Shown: positions 39,815-51,560 of the stretch, one piece after another
Numbering within the stretch: position 1 is the stretch's first letter
How the letters are laid out: each line of letters begins with the position of its first letter
Source of the DNA: Octopus vulgaris
Taxonomy: Eukaryota
Assembly (NCBI GenBank): GCA_951406725.2
Contig: OX597831.1
Span: 9,796,001 to 9,860,000 of the forward strand
Length of the DNA: 64,000 nt
Direction: 5' to 3'
Position numbers and translations under genes: made by a program
Notes under the pieces: model-generated
The model's database searches: none
What the model was told of the DNA's origin: nothing
The model's input: the letters and a program-made list of their open reading frames with translations, nothing else

Positions 39815-40480
39815 CCAAATCAAAATCCGTACAATCACTGAGAAGCTCAGGACTCAAAGCATAGACTGAAGGATGTTTAATTGCAGCACAGGACCAGGAA
39901 TTACCAAATACATGCGATGAAATGAAATACCAGTAACTGTAGATTATGTGGAGGAGGACAAGAAGCAATATATAATATTGTCTCTGGCTGCCCAGTCCTG
40001 GCTAAAAAGGAATATTTTTAAAGACACGACAGAGTTGGGACCTATATACACTGGAAGCTATCCCAACGCTATGATATAACAACACAAAAATAAGTGTTAT
40101 AAGCACACACCAGAAACGGTCACAGAAAATGAGAAAGCAGCAATACTCTGGAATATGCCAATACACAAAGACAGAGAAATTAAGACTAATAGGCCGGATA
40201 TATTTGTCAGAGATAACCAAGTAAAAATGTTTTGTAATTAATGTATCAATACCATCACATGACAATGTTTTTCTAAAAGAAATGGAGAAGCTTTCAAAAT
40301 ACAAAGACCTAGAAATAGAGGTAATACGATTGTGGAGTGTCAAATCAGAAGCAAATCCTATCATAGTAGGAGCATTAAGTATGATAAAAAAACATTCAGA
40401 CAAATACGTAAGACGAATACCAGTACTGACAAGTTTATATAACATACAAAAAGTAGCACTTCCAGGTACTGCAATACAGT
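39815..40480 (+). mobile_element. R4/Dong-type non-LTR retrotransposon 3' fragment (CCHC knuckle and restriction-like endonuclease), decayed
   Basis: LKA*TEGCLIAAQDQ; CRLCGGGQEAIYNIVSGCPVLAKKEY.RHDRVG; ILWNMPIHKDREIKTNRPDI; KEMEKLSKYKDLEIEVIRLW..PIIVGALS..IQKVAL. Confidence 0.9.
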
Positions 40481-40559
40481 AACAATAAGTGTATCATAAC
40501 AGATCACAGCACATACAATGGCACAGAGAACTGTGCTCGATAGTGCAGTGACAGCATAT

Positions 40560-40965
40560 GATAAAAATAAATGAAATGCAAACTAAAACTAGAAGAGCAA
40601 CGGAACATGATAAAGATATGGCAAGAAAAGCCCCTTCATGGCAAATACTGGGCTAAACAAAACGCAAACGAAATAGACAGAGAAAAATTCCAGCAATGTT
40701 TGAAAAGCTCAGGACTCTAAGCAGAGACTGAAGGATTTTTAATTGCAGAACGAAAACATATGAAGAAAAGAAACATGACAAGTAACTGCAGAATATGTGG
40801 AGATGGACAAGAAATAATAAATCATATTATCTCTGGCTGCCTAGTCCTGGCTAAGAAGGAATATATTCACAGACACGACAGAGTTGGGACCTACATACAC
40901 TGGAATCTATGCTAACATTATGGAATAATAACAGAAAAAGATGGTATAAGCACACGCAAAAAAGG

Positions 40966-40968
<3 letters not shown>
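40560..40968 (+). mobile_element. Second R4/Dong-type fragment (same family, pre-endonuclease and zinc-knuckle region)
   Basis: KPLHGKYW; ETEGFLIA; CRICGDGQEIINHIISGCLVLAKKEYIHRHDRVGTYIHW. Confidence 0.85.
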
Positions 40969-41025
<57 letters not shown>

Positions 41026-41261
41026 GATTATGATTCCAGACTTACAGGGGAAATTCAATTTATCTTAGATTGGTTATGCTTTTATTTTAAGAAATATTGT
41101 TAATTGTTTTTCGATTATTTATTGTTCTATATTTATTTGATAATTAGCATAAGTTAAGATACGTACATTTATTCTATTAGTATTATTATTTAAGACCTAG
41201 TAAGTGACTATATTTTTGAATATAATGAATTTTAGATCAATTTAATTTTAAATCGAATTGA

Positions 41262-41265
<4 letters not shown>

Positions 41266-41345
<80 letters not shown>
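41266..41345. repeat. (ATT)n microsatellite
   Basis: Read directly. Confidence 0.95.
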
Positions 41346-43959
41346 CTATTTGGAAATATAGCCATTAAACGCGCGTAGTCTTTTTACTACTATTTATTTT
41401 TTATGTATTTTATTGATTTTTTAGAATAAGGTTTTTATAGTATATGTTTTCTATATGGTGTGAATAACGTCTTTCACAATTGAATTGCTTAATTAGAGAT
41501 GTTCCTCTAAATTATATATATGAATGTGCGTGTGTTTGTATGCATCATAACAGCTTAAGATATCATAGGCTGTCAACGTATCCATTTCTCCAAGATATTA
41601 AAAAAATATTTTTATTTTCGATCCCGATGACCTTACGTCTTACTTTGTTGAAAACAAGTATGTAAAACAAATATAATCAATATGAATTAAAATATCATAG
41701 AAATTGAAATTCCAACATTATTTAAATGCATACATGTGTGTGCGTGTGTGTGCGTATGCCTGTGTGTGTGTTTGTAAGTGGAATTGTACGTCTTTTGAGA
41801 AGCTATAAGCAGCCAAAACATAGTAAATTTTTTCCTGTTTCTTATCTTTCTCATCTCATTTCTCAGGTTCGATTTCGCAGGATTCTCGAAACGTAGACAG
41901 GAATTTGATCCTAGAAGAATTTTGTTATTTATTCTTATTCAGCAAAATATCCTTTTTAATACAAGAAGCAGAAACATAAAATTTACATGACACACATTAA
42001 TGCTACGAAAGTCCACTGAGGTCAGTCTTCAACATGGCCTCTGTATGCAGCCGCATGCATCTAATACGCGATACTCGTTAAAAAGCGTTCGGACACGTTA
42101 TGACTAACGACTGCTTCATTTCCAATATTTCTATTTCGGGCTTTTTGAGTTGCTCATTAAATAATATCATCAGCTATGTAAGAGTGCCTCCTAATTAGTT
42201 TTGAACTCTCTCTACCCTGTGTTTCCCAGTTGTTTATTGTTTTGCGGTGCCTGAGCTACATATCGTATCGTTACTGTTTCGAATGTTTGTTGGGATATCG
42301 TACACATTGATGTCCACGATGATCATTTTGTTGTTCATAATCTTCCTTTTCATTACATCTACTTCGCTTGCTGCCGGCGCTGTATTGATTTCTAATTTGT
42401 TTTCACGTAGTTCATGGTTAAATCTCTATGGGTTACATTCGAACAATTTATTTTGTTAAAAAATCGTTGTTTCTTTTCATAACGAAAGATTCCTGGCGTT
42501 TTAATGACAATATCTTGTTTCTGTCAGTCTGCTGCTTTCGGCGAATTCTTTTCATATCTTTTTTATATTCGTGTAATAGTAATTTTCTTTGATATTTGTT
42601 TCTCTTGGAATTTCTCTTTCATTTATGTCTTTTCTTTGTTGATTTCGAAGGACTGAGACATTTTTCATTTCATTTTCTACGCCTGTCTTAAATCTGTCTT
42701 CCACATTCTTTACTTATGTTTAGATGTTGCAACTTTATGACATTCTTCAGGAACAACACATTTTCCTTTGAGTCTCATGTTGATGTTGCATATATTATTT
42801 GGGGACACTGATATCGCCATTACTGATAATCTACGTCAATGATGGCCGCCTTCGGTTTTTCATTTCTCTCAGTATTTCATCTGCGTTATATTTCTAAGAA
42901 AACATCGTATTGATTTCTATTCTTTAACTATTTCTTCCTGGCAATTATAGAGATCGACAAACTTTTTCATCTTTAATATATTTTATTCTGAAACCCTCTC
43001 ATATAAACTTCAACCTCTGTAGATTCGTTTCTCTATTTGTTAGTTGCTAATGCGTTGTGCAATTATGACATCATTTTATTGCATTTTGTTACATAATTTG
43101 TTTCCTGTTGATTTACATGAATCACGTTTCCAATATTTATACATTTAATGTTATATATTATCACAGTTTGTTTTTCATGATTGGAATTTTCTAAAGCCTT
43201 TTCATTTAAGCGTTCCGTTTCTAGGCATAACAGTTTTAAGTGTTCATGGTGTAAGATAAGATTTCTTAAGTTAGATTATCCATTACTCGTTTTTATTGCG
43301 ATTCAAACATAATCTCAAATCAGAAAAATTATTCCCCAGTAAAAAAATATTCAAGTTTGCAGCTGAAAATAATTCACATGTGTCCATGTATGCATTTTCT
43401 GTAATTGAGGGATCTAAATATTATAAACCGGCCTTTTATTTAGATTCTTAAAATTTCTTTTAAATTTAAGTATTTTATAAATATCACGTCCATCTTCAAC
43501 ATAGATATTCTCCCTTCAGCGTTAGACCCTAGAATTTTATTTTTATTTGGATTTTTTGTACACTTGCTTGACACATCTTCCAATTAACTACCACGTATGT
43601 CTGTTAGCGTGATGACACATAGGAACCAAACGGTATTTAGTGTGGTTTCGAAAATATTAATTATTTTTAGTAAATCATAGTAAATCTTCTGTAACTTCAT
43701 ACACAAATGCTATTCAGCATACTTGCAATTAGCTTTCAGTATTTGCCGTTATTATTTCATGAAAGTAAGGATTTCTTTAAGCCTCGTGCATGCGTAAGAA
43801 ATTTTACGCGCATAGTTACACGGCCAAGCTGGTGAAAGTCAAGGTGAGGGAATGTCATCACAGTTGAGCATCTGATGAAGAGAAACAAAAATTATCCGAC
43901 AAAATTGTAGTATATATGTGGAAGAGAAATTAAAGATACACACAGCTAATAAGCCTAAT

Positions 43960-45370
43960 TTGATGTCTTCACTATTTTCCATCACACGGCCTTGATAGTT
44001 CCGGGTCAATAAGCTCTGATCTTGGGCAGACAAGATAAATCATTCACTCTCAGCCTTTAGCCCCGAGCTCCGTCTCTACTGGTGGGTGTACTTCTGGTCT
44101 ACATCAGCTTGTTTGCTACGGGTCACGTAATTTGTCATGCCACGGTTTTTGTTCGCACCTATCACCCAATTGTTCAAACGCATTTTACTTTGCTATTGAC
44201 TTCACTTTCTTAGCAACTACAGTTGCTGCACTTCCATTTTGCTGTTCAGCCTGGATATTATGCATAAACTCACTTGAAACGTTTTTGCGCTCCTTCATAA
44301 CAGAATGAAGCTTCTTAGGTTTATCATGGTTTTCATCCAGCTTTAGCATCCAGTCGTTAGATGTTTCAAGATATTTTGCCAGTGTATGTGTGGTGGTTTT
44401 GTAGGAGATTTCAAATTAGATCAAGCCTCGACCTCCTTGAGCTCTGGGTAGGTAGAGACGACCTGCGTCTGTCTTTGAGTGGTGCATCTTATTGCAAGTC
44501 AGCAGCTTACGGATTTTACTATTAATCTTCCTAATTTCGTTCATATTCCAGTTCAACACATTGAAACTGTAAATAAGAACCGGAATTGCTAAGAAATTTA
44601 TTGCTAACCCCTTGTTACGTGCATTTAACTCGGATGTTAGGACCGTGTTTAGGTGTTTTCGTAGGATCTCTCATAATTTTATTGAATAACTGCACTAACT
44701 TTTCATGTGCCCACGAAAGCGAGGCAAACCAGAAATTTGGCACCCTATCATTACCCGGAGATTTCCACTCATGAGTCTTCGTGAGTGTCATTCTTAGGCT
44801 TGCAATTGCGATGCCTTCCCAAACTTGTTCTGGTAAGTTTTGTTAGGATCCTTCTCTGCGTCTAATCCAGTTTGCATTTTCATTGTAAGGCTTTTCATCC
44901 CTCCAGATATTTTCCAGAAGTTTTGAACTTCTTCCATGGTAGGGGGTCTTCAACGATTATTTTAAACTTTCCTATTTCTCTGTAAAATGTTTTTGCACTG
45001 GATGTGAACAAGTTATTTTGCTTGTAAAATTTCTTTCTTTTCATAAATTTTCGTATTCTTTGAGCTTTTTCTTTGATCTTTTGTCGCAGTGTTTCTTTTG
45101 CTGAAAGCAGTTCTTCTCTTGGTGAGAATCTACGTTTTCTCTTCATCTTCCTTCCTTTTCAGGTTTTTACATTGTTTCCATAGATTAATTCATTTAATAT
45201 TGATATTTCACCTCTCATTATTTGAATTTCCTTTTCTATTTTGCTTTTCCAGTTTAGAATTCTTCGGTTTGTACTTCTTGGTTTTTTCAGGGGCATACAA
45301 AAGGTCCCTTTTTTCTGTCGTCTTCATTTTTCAGTTTTTTTCAGTCTTTTTCGTTTCGCCTGTTATAAAA
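43960..45370 (-). mobile_element. R4/Dong-type LINE remnant with the RT core deleted
   Basis: QKIKEKAQRIRKF..FYKQNNLF; WKSPGNDRVPNFW (pre-RT); SELNARNK..AIPVLIYSFNVLNW..KIRKLLTCNKMHH..RLYLPRAQGGRGL; AQDQSLLTRNYQ. Confidence 0.85.
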
Positions 45371-45565
45371 TTGTAACTTAAAAACTGATGATGGCATTCC
45401 AACAACGTTTGGACAATGGTTGCTCTCGTTCATACTTTACGTTTAAATTTCTGAAATTTTGAATTTTTATCACTTCTTATTTCAACTTGACAAAGACAGA
45501 CGTACTGTTGAAATATCGTTCAACTATTAAAATATCATACAATAGAACCGCGCTCTACGTCTTGA

Positions 45566-45576
45566 CTAATAATAAT

Positions 45577-45668
<92 letters not shown>

Positions 45669-45692
45669 TAATAATAATAATAACAACAACAA
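45566..45692. repeat. (AAT)n microsatellite
   Basis: Read directly. Confidence 0.95.
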
Positions 45693-45857
45693 CATACCTT
45701 AGGACTGAAAACTCAGGTTCGAACTTTTCCCAAGACACCTGCGGAAGGCTGGAGAGTAAAGCAGCGGAAATTTTGTGTTAACAACAAACAAGATGAGGAC
45801 AGATATCCGTCAAATGTAAATAATGTACATAATTCCTCATCTCATAAATATAGAACA
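45693..45857 (+). mobile_element. pLTR-like fragment with a degenerate HHR, attached to (AAT)n
   Basis: acac-ctgcgga-a-ggctg gagagtaaag cagcg-GAAA-tttt-gtgt: stem I acac/gtgt, stem II gctg/cagc. Confidence 0.5.
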
Positions 45858-46683
45858 AAATTATTAGTGTTATATAATGACCCGTTCTGAGTTAAAATAC
45901 CATCGAAATCCATTTTGCATTTCATGGTTTTGGGGTCGACAAGATAAAGTACCAGTGAATTACTGGGTTCAATTTAGTCATCCTTAGTTTAGAGTGTCAT
46001 TCATAAATTTATTATGGGAAAGTTTGAATTAATAGCGTTAATATTGTTCGACATATTTTTTTGGTAACTGAAGACAGTCGAAGAACTATCTGTGCCTTAA
46101 CCTAATTTCAGCAAATATAACTACTTTTTCCCCTTCGTTTTTAGTCAGTAGGAAAACCATACGGAAATTGTCACCAAGTTTGATGTTTGAAGTAACAGGA
46201 GCGTGGGAAAAGAACGATGACAGCTATGGTAGCGATAACGATAAAGCTGACATCTGTCTTGGATTTTCGCTTGTCAAAGAGAATAAAAAAGGGAAATTTT
46301 TCTGAAGATCTTACAAAGAAATATAAATCAAATGTGTTCGTGTTAACTCTGACAACATCAGTTATTCTATGATACAATATAGCATTGAGGTTGAAAATGG
46401 CTGTTTTTACTAACAATAACAATACGAACAATGATTACACAACCTATCACCAACACCAACACAAAATCACCCGCCTACCCACGCATCTCTGCCAATCCTG
46501 CAGCAATATCATAAACAACATGAAATGGAAACAATAATAAAACTTGGGAAAATAATGTAGAGAACTCAAGGAATAGATAATAAGAAATCTATTGCAAGCA
46601 TCGGCAAAGAAGATAACGTCAATGGAAATATCGAACGAATCAAATGACAACTGCAATCAGTATCAAAACCGCCATCAACGTCA

Positions 46684-47020
46684 TTCGATTCCCAGACCGG
46701 GCGTTGTGTGTGTTTATTGAACGAAAACACCTAAATAAAGCTCCACGAAACTCCGGCAGGGGATGGTGGCAACCCCTGTTGTACGCTTTCGCCCCAACTT
46801 TCTGTCACTCTTTCTTCCTGTTTCTTGATCCCCGACTTCCTACGCAACCGCTGAGCCTGGATGCGCATTCATCCATCCGTCGAAGCTCTCGGTCTCGGGG
46901 GGGTGACCTGCTTTCTCTTCTGCGGGTCTTACGAATAGCAAAGCACCACGTTTCGAACTTCTCCCACTACACAGGCGCGATCTTGCGAGCTCTGGGACGA
47001 AGACCGTTCGCTCAACAGCA
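46684..47020 (+). mobile_element. SINE family C, 5'-truncated, with an alternative 3' part
   Basis: gattcccagaccgggcgttgtgtgtgtttattga..aaacacctaaa..agctccacga..ggcagggg.tggtggc shared with 59106-59397. Confidence 0.8.
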
Positions 47021-49032
47021 ACCATCAACTCCATCAACATCGTCATCGTTTTCACCACCAGCACCACCGCCACCGCCACCGCCGCTAAATATTTTCATAT
47101 ATTTTCATCATTTCCTGGAACATTTGGGTGTTGTAAATAAAGTACTCTTTTCTCCCGGCCTGTTATCAGTTAACCCCTATATGCCCATAAGCAAATGAAG
47201 TCTTAAAATTTCACTGTATTTAGTTTAAACGTCATGGTAAGCTTTCACAATCTGGCAGAGACGGACACTATGCAAACCGTTAGCTGCGGATGTCGACTCT
47301 CTATTGAACATTTCGTATGCTTAGTCACATGCTTCCCGACGAGTTCATGTCGAAACAATTAGGAGCAGATTTTGCGGCGCGAAAACGGAATAATTATCGG
47401 AAAGATACGAATATTTTTTCCAGCCGATGTCAGGTAAAATGCCATATATATTTCGGTATTTTTGAGCATCTTCAGTAACTATAAAATATCAACGTTTTCA
47501 TATTTAACAATACTCAATCAGGTGAAGAATCTTGTTGAGCTTTCGATAACAAAAGGAGAAGCTTTTATAACATATTTTTGCTTATTCCTGCCCAATTCTA
47601 CTTGGTTTCTGGAAAACATGCTCAGAGTCACTAAAGTTTTCATAATTATCACTGATACTGATGCTGGAACATTTTCTCTTGAAATACTTTAATGAAGCTA
47701 TTCCTTTATTTTGTCAAACTGTAAATTACGGTTTGAGGTGGATCTGGCTGTTATTTACAGTAGATTGAATATATGCCGAGTGATTCTCTCGTGTAATTTG
47801 TTTAGACAACCTTATGTATTTTATTATGAAGTAGTAGTACGGACTTTTATGAGAAATGCAAGTGTATTTGAAGGACTAACGCCATGACACACACACACAA
47901 CACACACACACACACACATACACACACACATACATCCACACACACATAGATACACACACAGAGGCTCTGGGATAAATACTTCAGAATACTTTTGCAATGT
48001 AAAATTTGACAGACTGTAAAGGGACAGGATGAATGACAAGTTTTGGAATGAATATTTTACAAAGCTTAGAATACAAATGTAGCGAAAATAAGAAAATGCC
48101 AATCACCAGCTGCAGCAGGTAGTTGGATGAGTGCGCAGCCGGAGCTGGGGACAAACAGAAGCAGAAGCAGAAGAAAGCCATTGAAATGCATGACTAATTT
48201 AACGCCGATGGTAGTGTGGGTCACGGAAATGCGTTCCGATTCTCCGTTGGTTTGTGAATATTGTATGAACTGAAGATAATGGTTTTGGTGGTTACGTAAA
48301 GAAGTATTCAACACTATCAATTCAAAAGAAAAATTCGTTGGAAGAAAGATACGATGGAGGGATAGAGAATAAATCGTTGAATAAAATAATAAATGGCTTG
48401 CTCAAGATATGTGGCAAGGAGGGAAGCAGTCGAGGAAAATGAATTATGGTGTTAAGAGAAGAAGTAATGCAACCTCTATTATGGCCTGTTCTGCTTACAG
48501 CAAGTTGAACAGATTCTTTCAATCTCTATATAGACAGAATAGTAGATTCTTACATGGCATTATGTTATACACTGAACAAAAATGCGAATATTATATATGT
48601 CGTAACTTAAAGGCAAGTTATAATAGTGCCAAGAGAATGTTGAGTATTGTTAAAATCTTTCGCCGAAATCTCATTAGCATTCGCCATTTGTAAAGAAATA
48701 GAAACAAAATTTAACTTGTGAGAAATCATGGAAAAGAGGAAAGAAATCCTGGAAATAATAATGTCAAGAACTTGTGGGGTATTAACATCCAAGACTGTAA
48801 ATTCTGCAGAATGTAGATCAGTCTTGTGTTGATGTAACATCGGACACAATGGAAATACACAAATGAAATGAAAATGCTTTTATAGAGACACAGGTGTTAA
48901 ATAATACAAAAGAGGGAACGACAGCGTAGAAGAAATATTTGCAAAATGTTTTACATATCAGCTAATAAGTTGATGCACAGATACAAACACGGATAAGCTT
49001 ATCCGCACATAAATATTTACATAAACATATAC

Positions 49033-49166
<134 letters not shown>

Positions 49167-49334
49167 GAGAGTGTGTGTGTGATTGTGCGCGTGTGTGTAT
49201 GTATGTGTGTGCGCGTATGTGTGTGTGTATGCCTATGTATGTATGAATGTGTGGATATGATTATCTGAGCTTGTATCTATGCAGCAAGACATTAGCGTAT
49301 GTAGAAACCACTTTGCATCTCTCTCTCTTCTTTA

Positions 49335-49378
<44 letters not shown>

Positions 49379-49393
49379 TTATTATATAGAAGG

Positions 49394-49441
49394 AGCTTCT
49401 ACAGGACTAGTACTGTTTCATTCAAGAGAAATCTTCAGGAA

Positions 49442-49444
<3 letters not shown>
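49394..49444 (-). ncRNA. Minimal type I hammerhead ribozyme motif (structurally complete)
   Basis: Minus strand: ggcttc-CTGAAGA-tttctcttgaat-GAA-ACAG-tactagtc-CTGT-A-gaagct. Stem I gcttc/gaagc, core CUGANGA, stem II ttc/gaa, GAAA, stem III ACAG/CTGT, cleavage triplet GUA. Confidence 0.75.
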
Positions 49445-49484
<40 letters not shown>

Positions 49485-50347
49485 TTGAAAACGAGGAGGA
49501 GAGTGGCGATTTATTCACATCCAGAACTTTCTTTTATTTAAAACAGCTTTCGACTGCATATATAACGATGACCAACATAGATTTCAATTGCAGCCACTTC
49601 CCATTGCTTCTGATGCAATTAGGCATCCTAGTGGCTGCAATTTCACCAAGGGTCCATGACTTAGAACGTTTTCCAAGTGAACTGATTTCAACCAATCTTC
49701 CTGCTTTGGCATCGAGTTGAATGTTATAGCGTTACATTTTAAATCGAATTGAATTCTTGTCTTATAATCACCTCTACTGGTATTCCAGTTAAATCAAATG
49801 GTGTCGCATATTAAAATCAGTTGTAACAGTTTTGTTTACATTTTACTGTATGGAATACATTATTTATTCAGACGCAATTAACTTATGTTTCGGTTTATAC
49901 CATCAATTAATATTATTATTGATTTTTACAAACATTGTTTTAGTAGTATTTGCAAAAATATTAATTATCACAATCATTATGTTAACTAGTATAATTTCTA
50001 TAGATGGTAATTTGAGTTTCTTTGAATCGTTCAAACGTATATTTAATCCAATGTAGACATTTCATAGCCCGTTCCTCTCTACTGTTTACAAGTATATTTA
50101 TACACTTGTATACAAATACGAATATTTAAGTATGTGTGTATGTATATGTATACATGTATACAAATGCAGATACATACTCGCGTAACACATATTTACAGCA
50201 ATGTACGGCTTCACCATTTCCATTAATATTCATATTACGTCTTTCTATTTCTTGTAATTTGCCACTTCAAATGTGTGTGAGCGCATACGTACATACACAC
50301 ACAGACATACGCACACACACAAACATATATATACATATATATGCATA

Positions 50348-50720
50348 TAATAAAAATAGGCAACAAGTATATCTTAGGTAATTTGGTACAATCGTTTCAT
50401 GCTACTTCATTTTATTAAACATTGTAAGTATTGCATACGTTTTAAAATGTTGAAATAGAAATAAGAATATGTATTGTCCGTTTGATGGAAGACTTCTATA
50501 AATGACTGAAGATTGATCAACTTTTTAAAACTGATGTAATACATACAATGTTTAATAAAATGAAGTAGCATGAAACGATTGTACCAAATTACCTAAGATA
50601 TACTTGTTGCTTATTTTGATTATAATCACCCCATGGATTTATATGGATAATACCATACAAAATTCTGGTGCCTCTGACTTAAGTACCATATTCATCTGAA
50701 TCTAAATTTTGCTGAACCTA
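50348..50720 (+). mobile_element. Palindromic pLTR-like element with perfect inverted arms of about 65 bp
   Basis: aacaagtatatcttaggtaatttggtacaatcgtttcatgctacttcattttattaaacattgta and its exact reverse complement at about 50544-50608; tail shared with 35620-35745. Confidence 0.8.
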
Positions 50721-50724
50721 TATA

Positions 50725-50762
<38 letters not shown>

Positions 50763-50919
50763 TATATACAAATATATATGAATACAATGTTTACGAGTAT
50801 ATATATATGTATATATACATACTCACACTCGTATACACACACAGACACACGGGGAAACACACAAATTGAAATAATGAAGGCCAATTAAATACATGTGCAC
50901 ATACATATTAACATACATT

Positions 50920-51560
50920 TGTAACCCCTCATAACACATCTCTAAATAACTGGGTATGATGCTGCTTATACGTAATGTCGATAGCTCTACGCGAGGACTT
51001 CATGGCAGAGAAAAAAATCATTTACTTGTCTTATTGTCAGCGGTTATTGTTTGATTAAAGAATATTTCATATTTGTCTCTTCCCTTTCGATTGACTGCTT
51101 ACTACATGTGCTTGTGGCGACATTTACCCTGGGCGGGTTGAGTCGGCTTCTTCTGCCACCCTCGAGGCATCGAAGAAGTTTCGTGGGAACCTGTGGATTT
51201 CAAAAGCGGCCCCCAACAATTCCGCATGTGGAGACATCCTGTTTGCCGCAGATTGTCCGCAGACGCAGGAACAGAACGACCGAGGAGCCGCCGGTTGCCG
51301 AAACAGACACTCCGAGGATTTTCTGCCGGGTTGTGGCCCGAATACCACTCGGTGTCAGAAATCCGCCTTGGGTGGCCCTACCAGGAACCGAAGTTCCCGA
51401 CGGCATAGCTCTGACATTACCCGTTGCCAGCGCCCCCACCACGGTGAGGAGGGGATGGACTTTGGGGACTCAAAGTTCTGTAAGATTAACGCAACAGCTC
51501 ACTCACTTTCCTGCCAAGAATTTAGGAGAGTTGATCAAGTATCGAACAAACTCCTTCTGA
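50920..51560 (+). mobile_element. Possible LTR retrotransposon relic (TG..CA LTR 50920-51106, then GC-rich internal sequence)
   Basis: tgtaacc...attaaag...actaca followed shortly by tggcgac (PBS-like) and a GC-rich 169-codon frame; no second LTR or clear domain seen. Confidence 0.35.

Noticed and set aside
42000-43100. Decayed RTE-like LINE on the minus strand (similar hints at 29400-29620 and 48330-48900)
   Set aside because: Only faint motif resemblance; too degraded to call without alignment
45487-45738. Poly-Asn and poly-Ile ORFs
   Set aside because: (AAT)n microsatellite
46644-47198. 184-aa proline-rich ORF
   Set aside because: Runs through a SINE C copy and a (CCA/CCG)n repeat; a chance frame in GC-rich repeat
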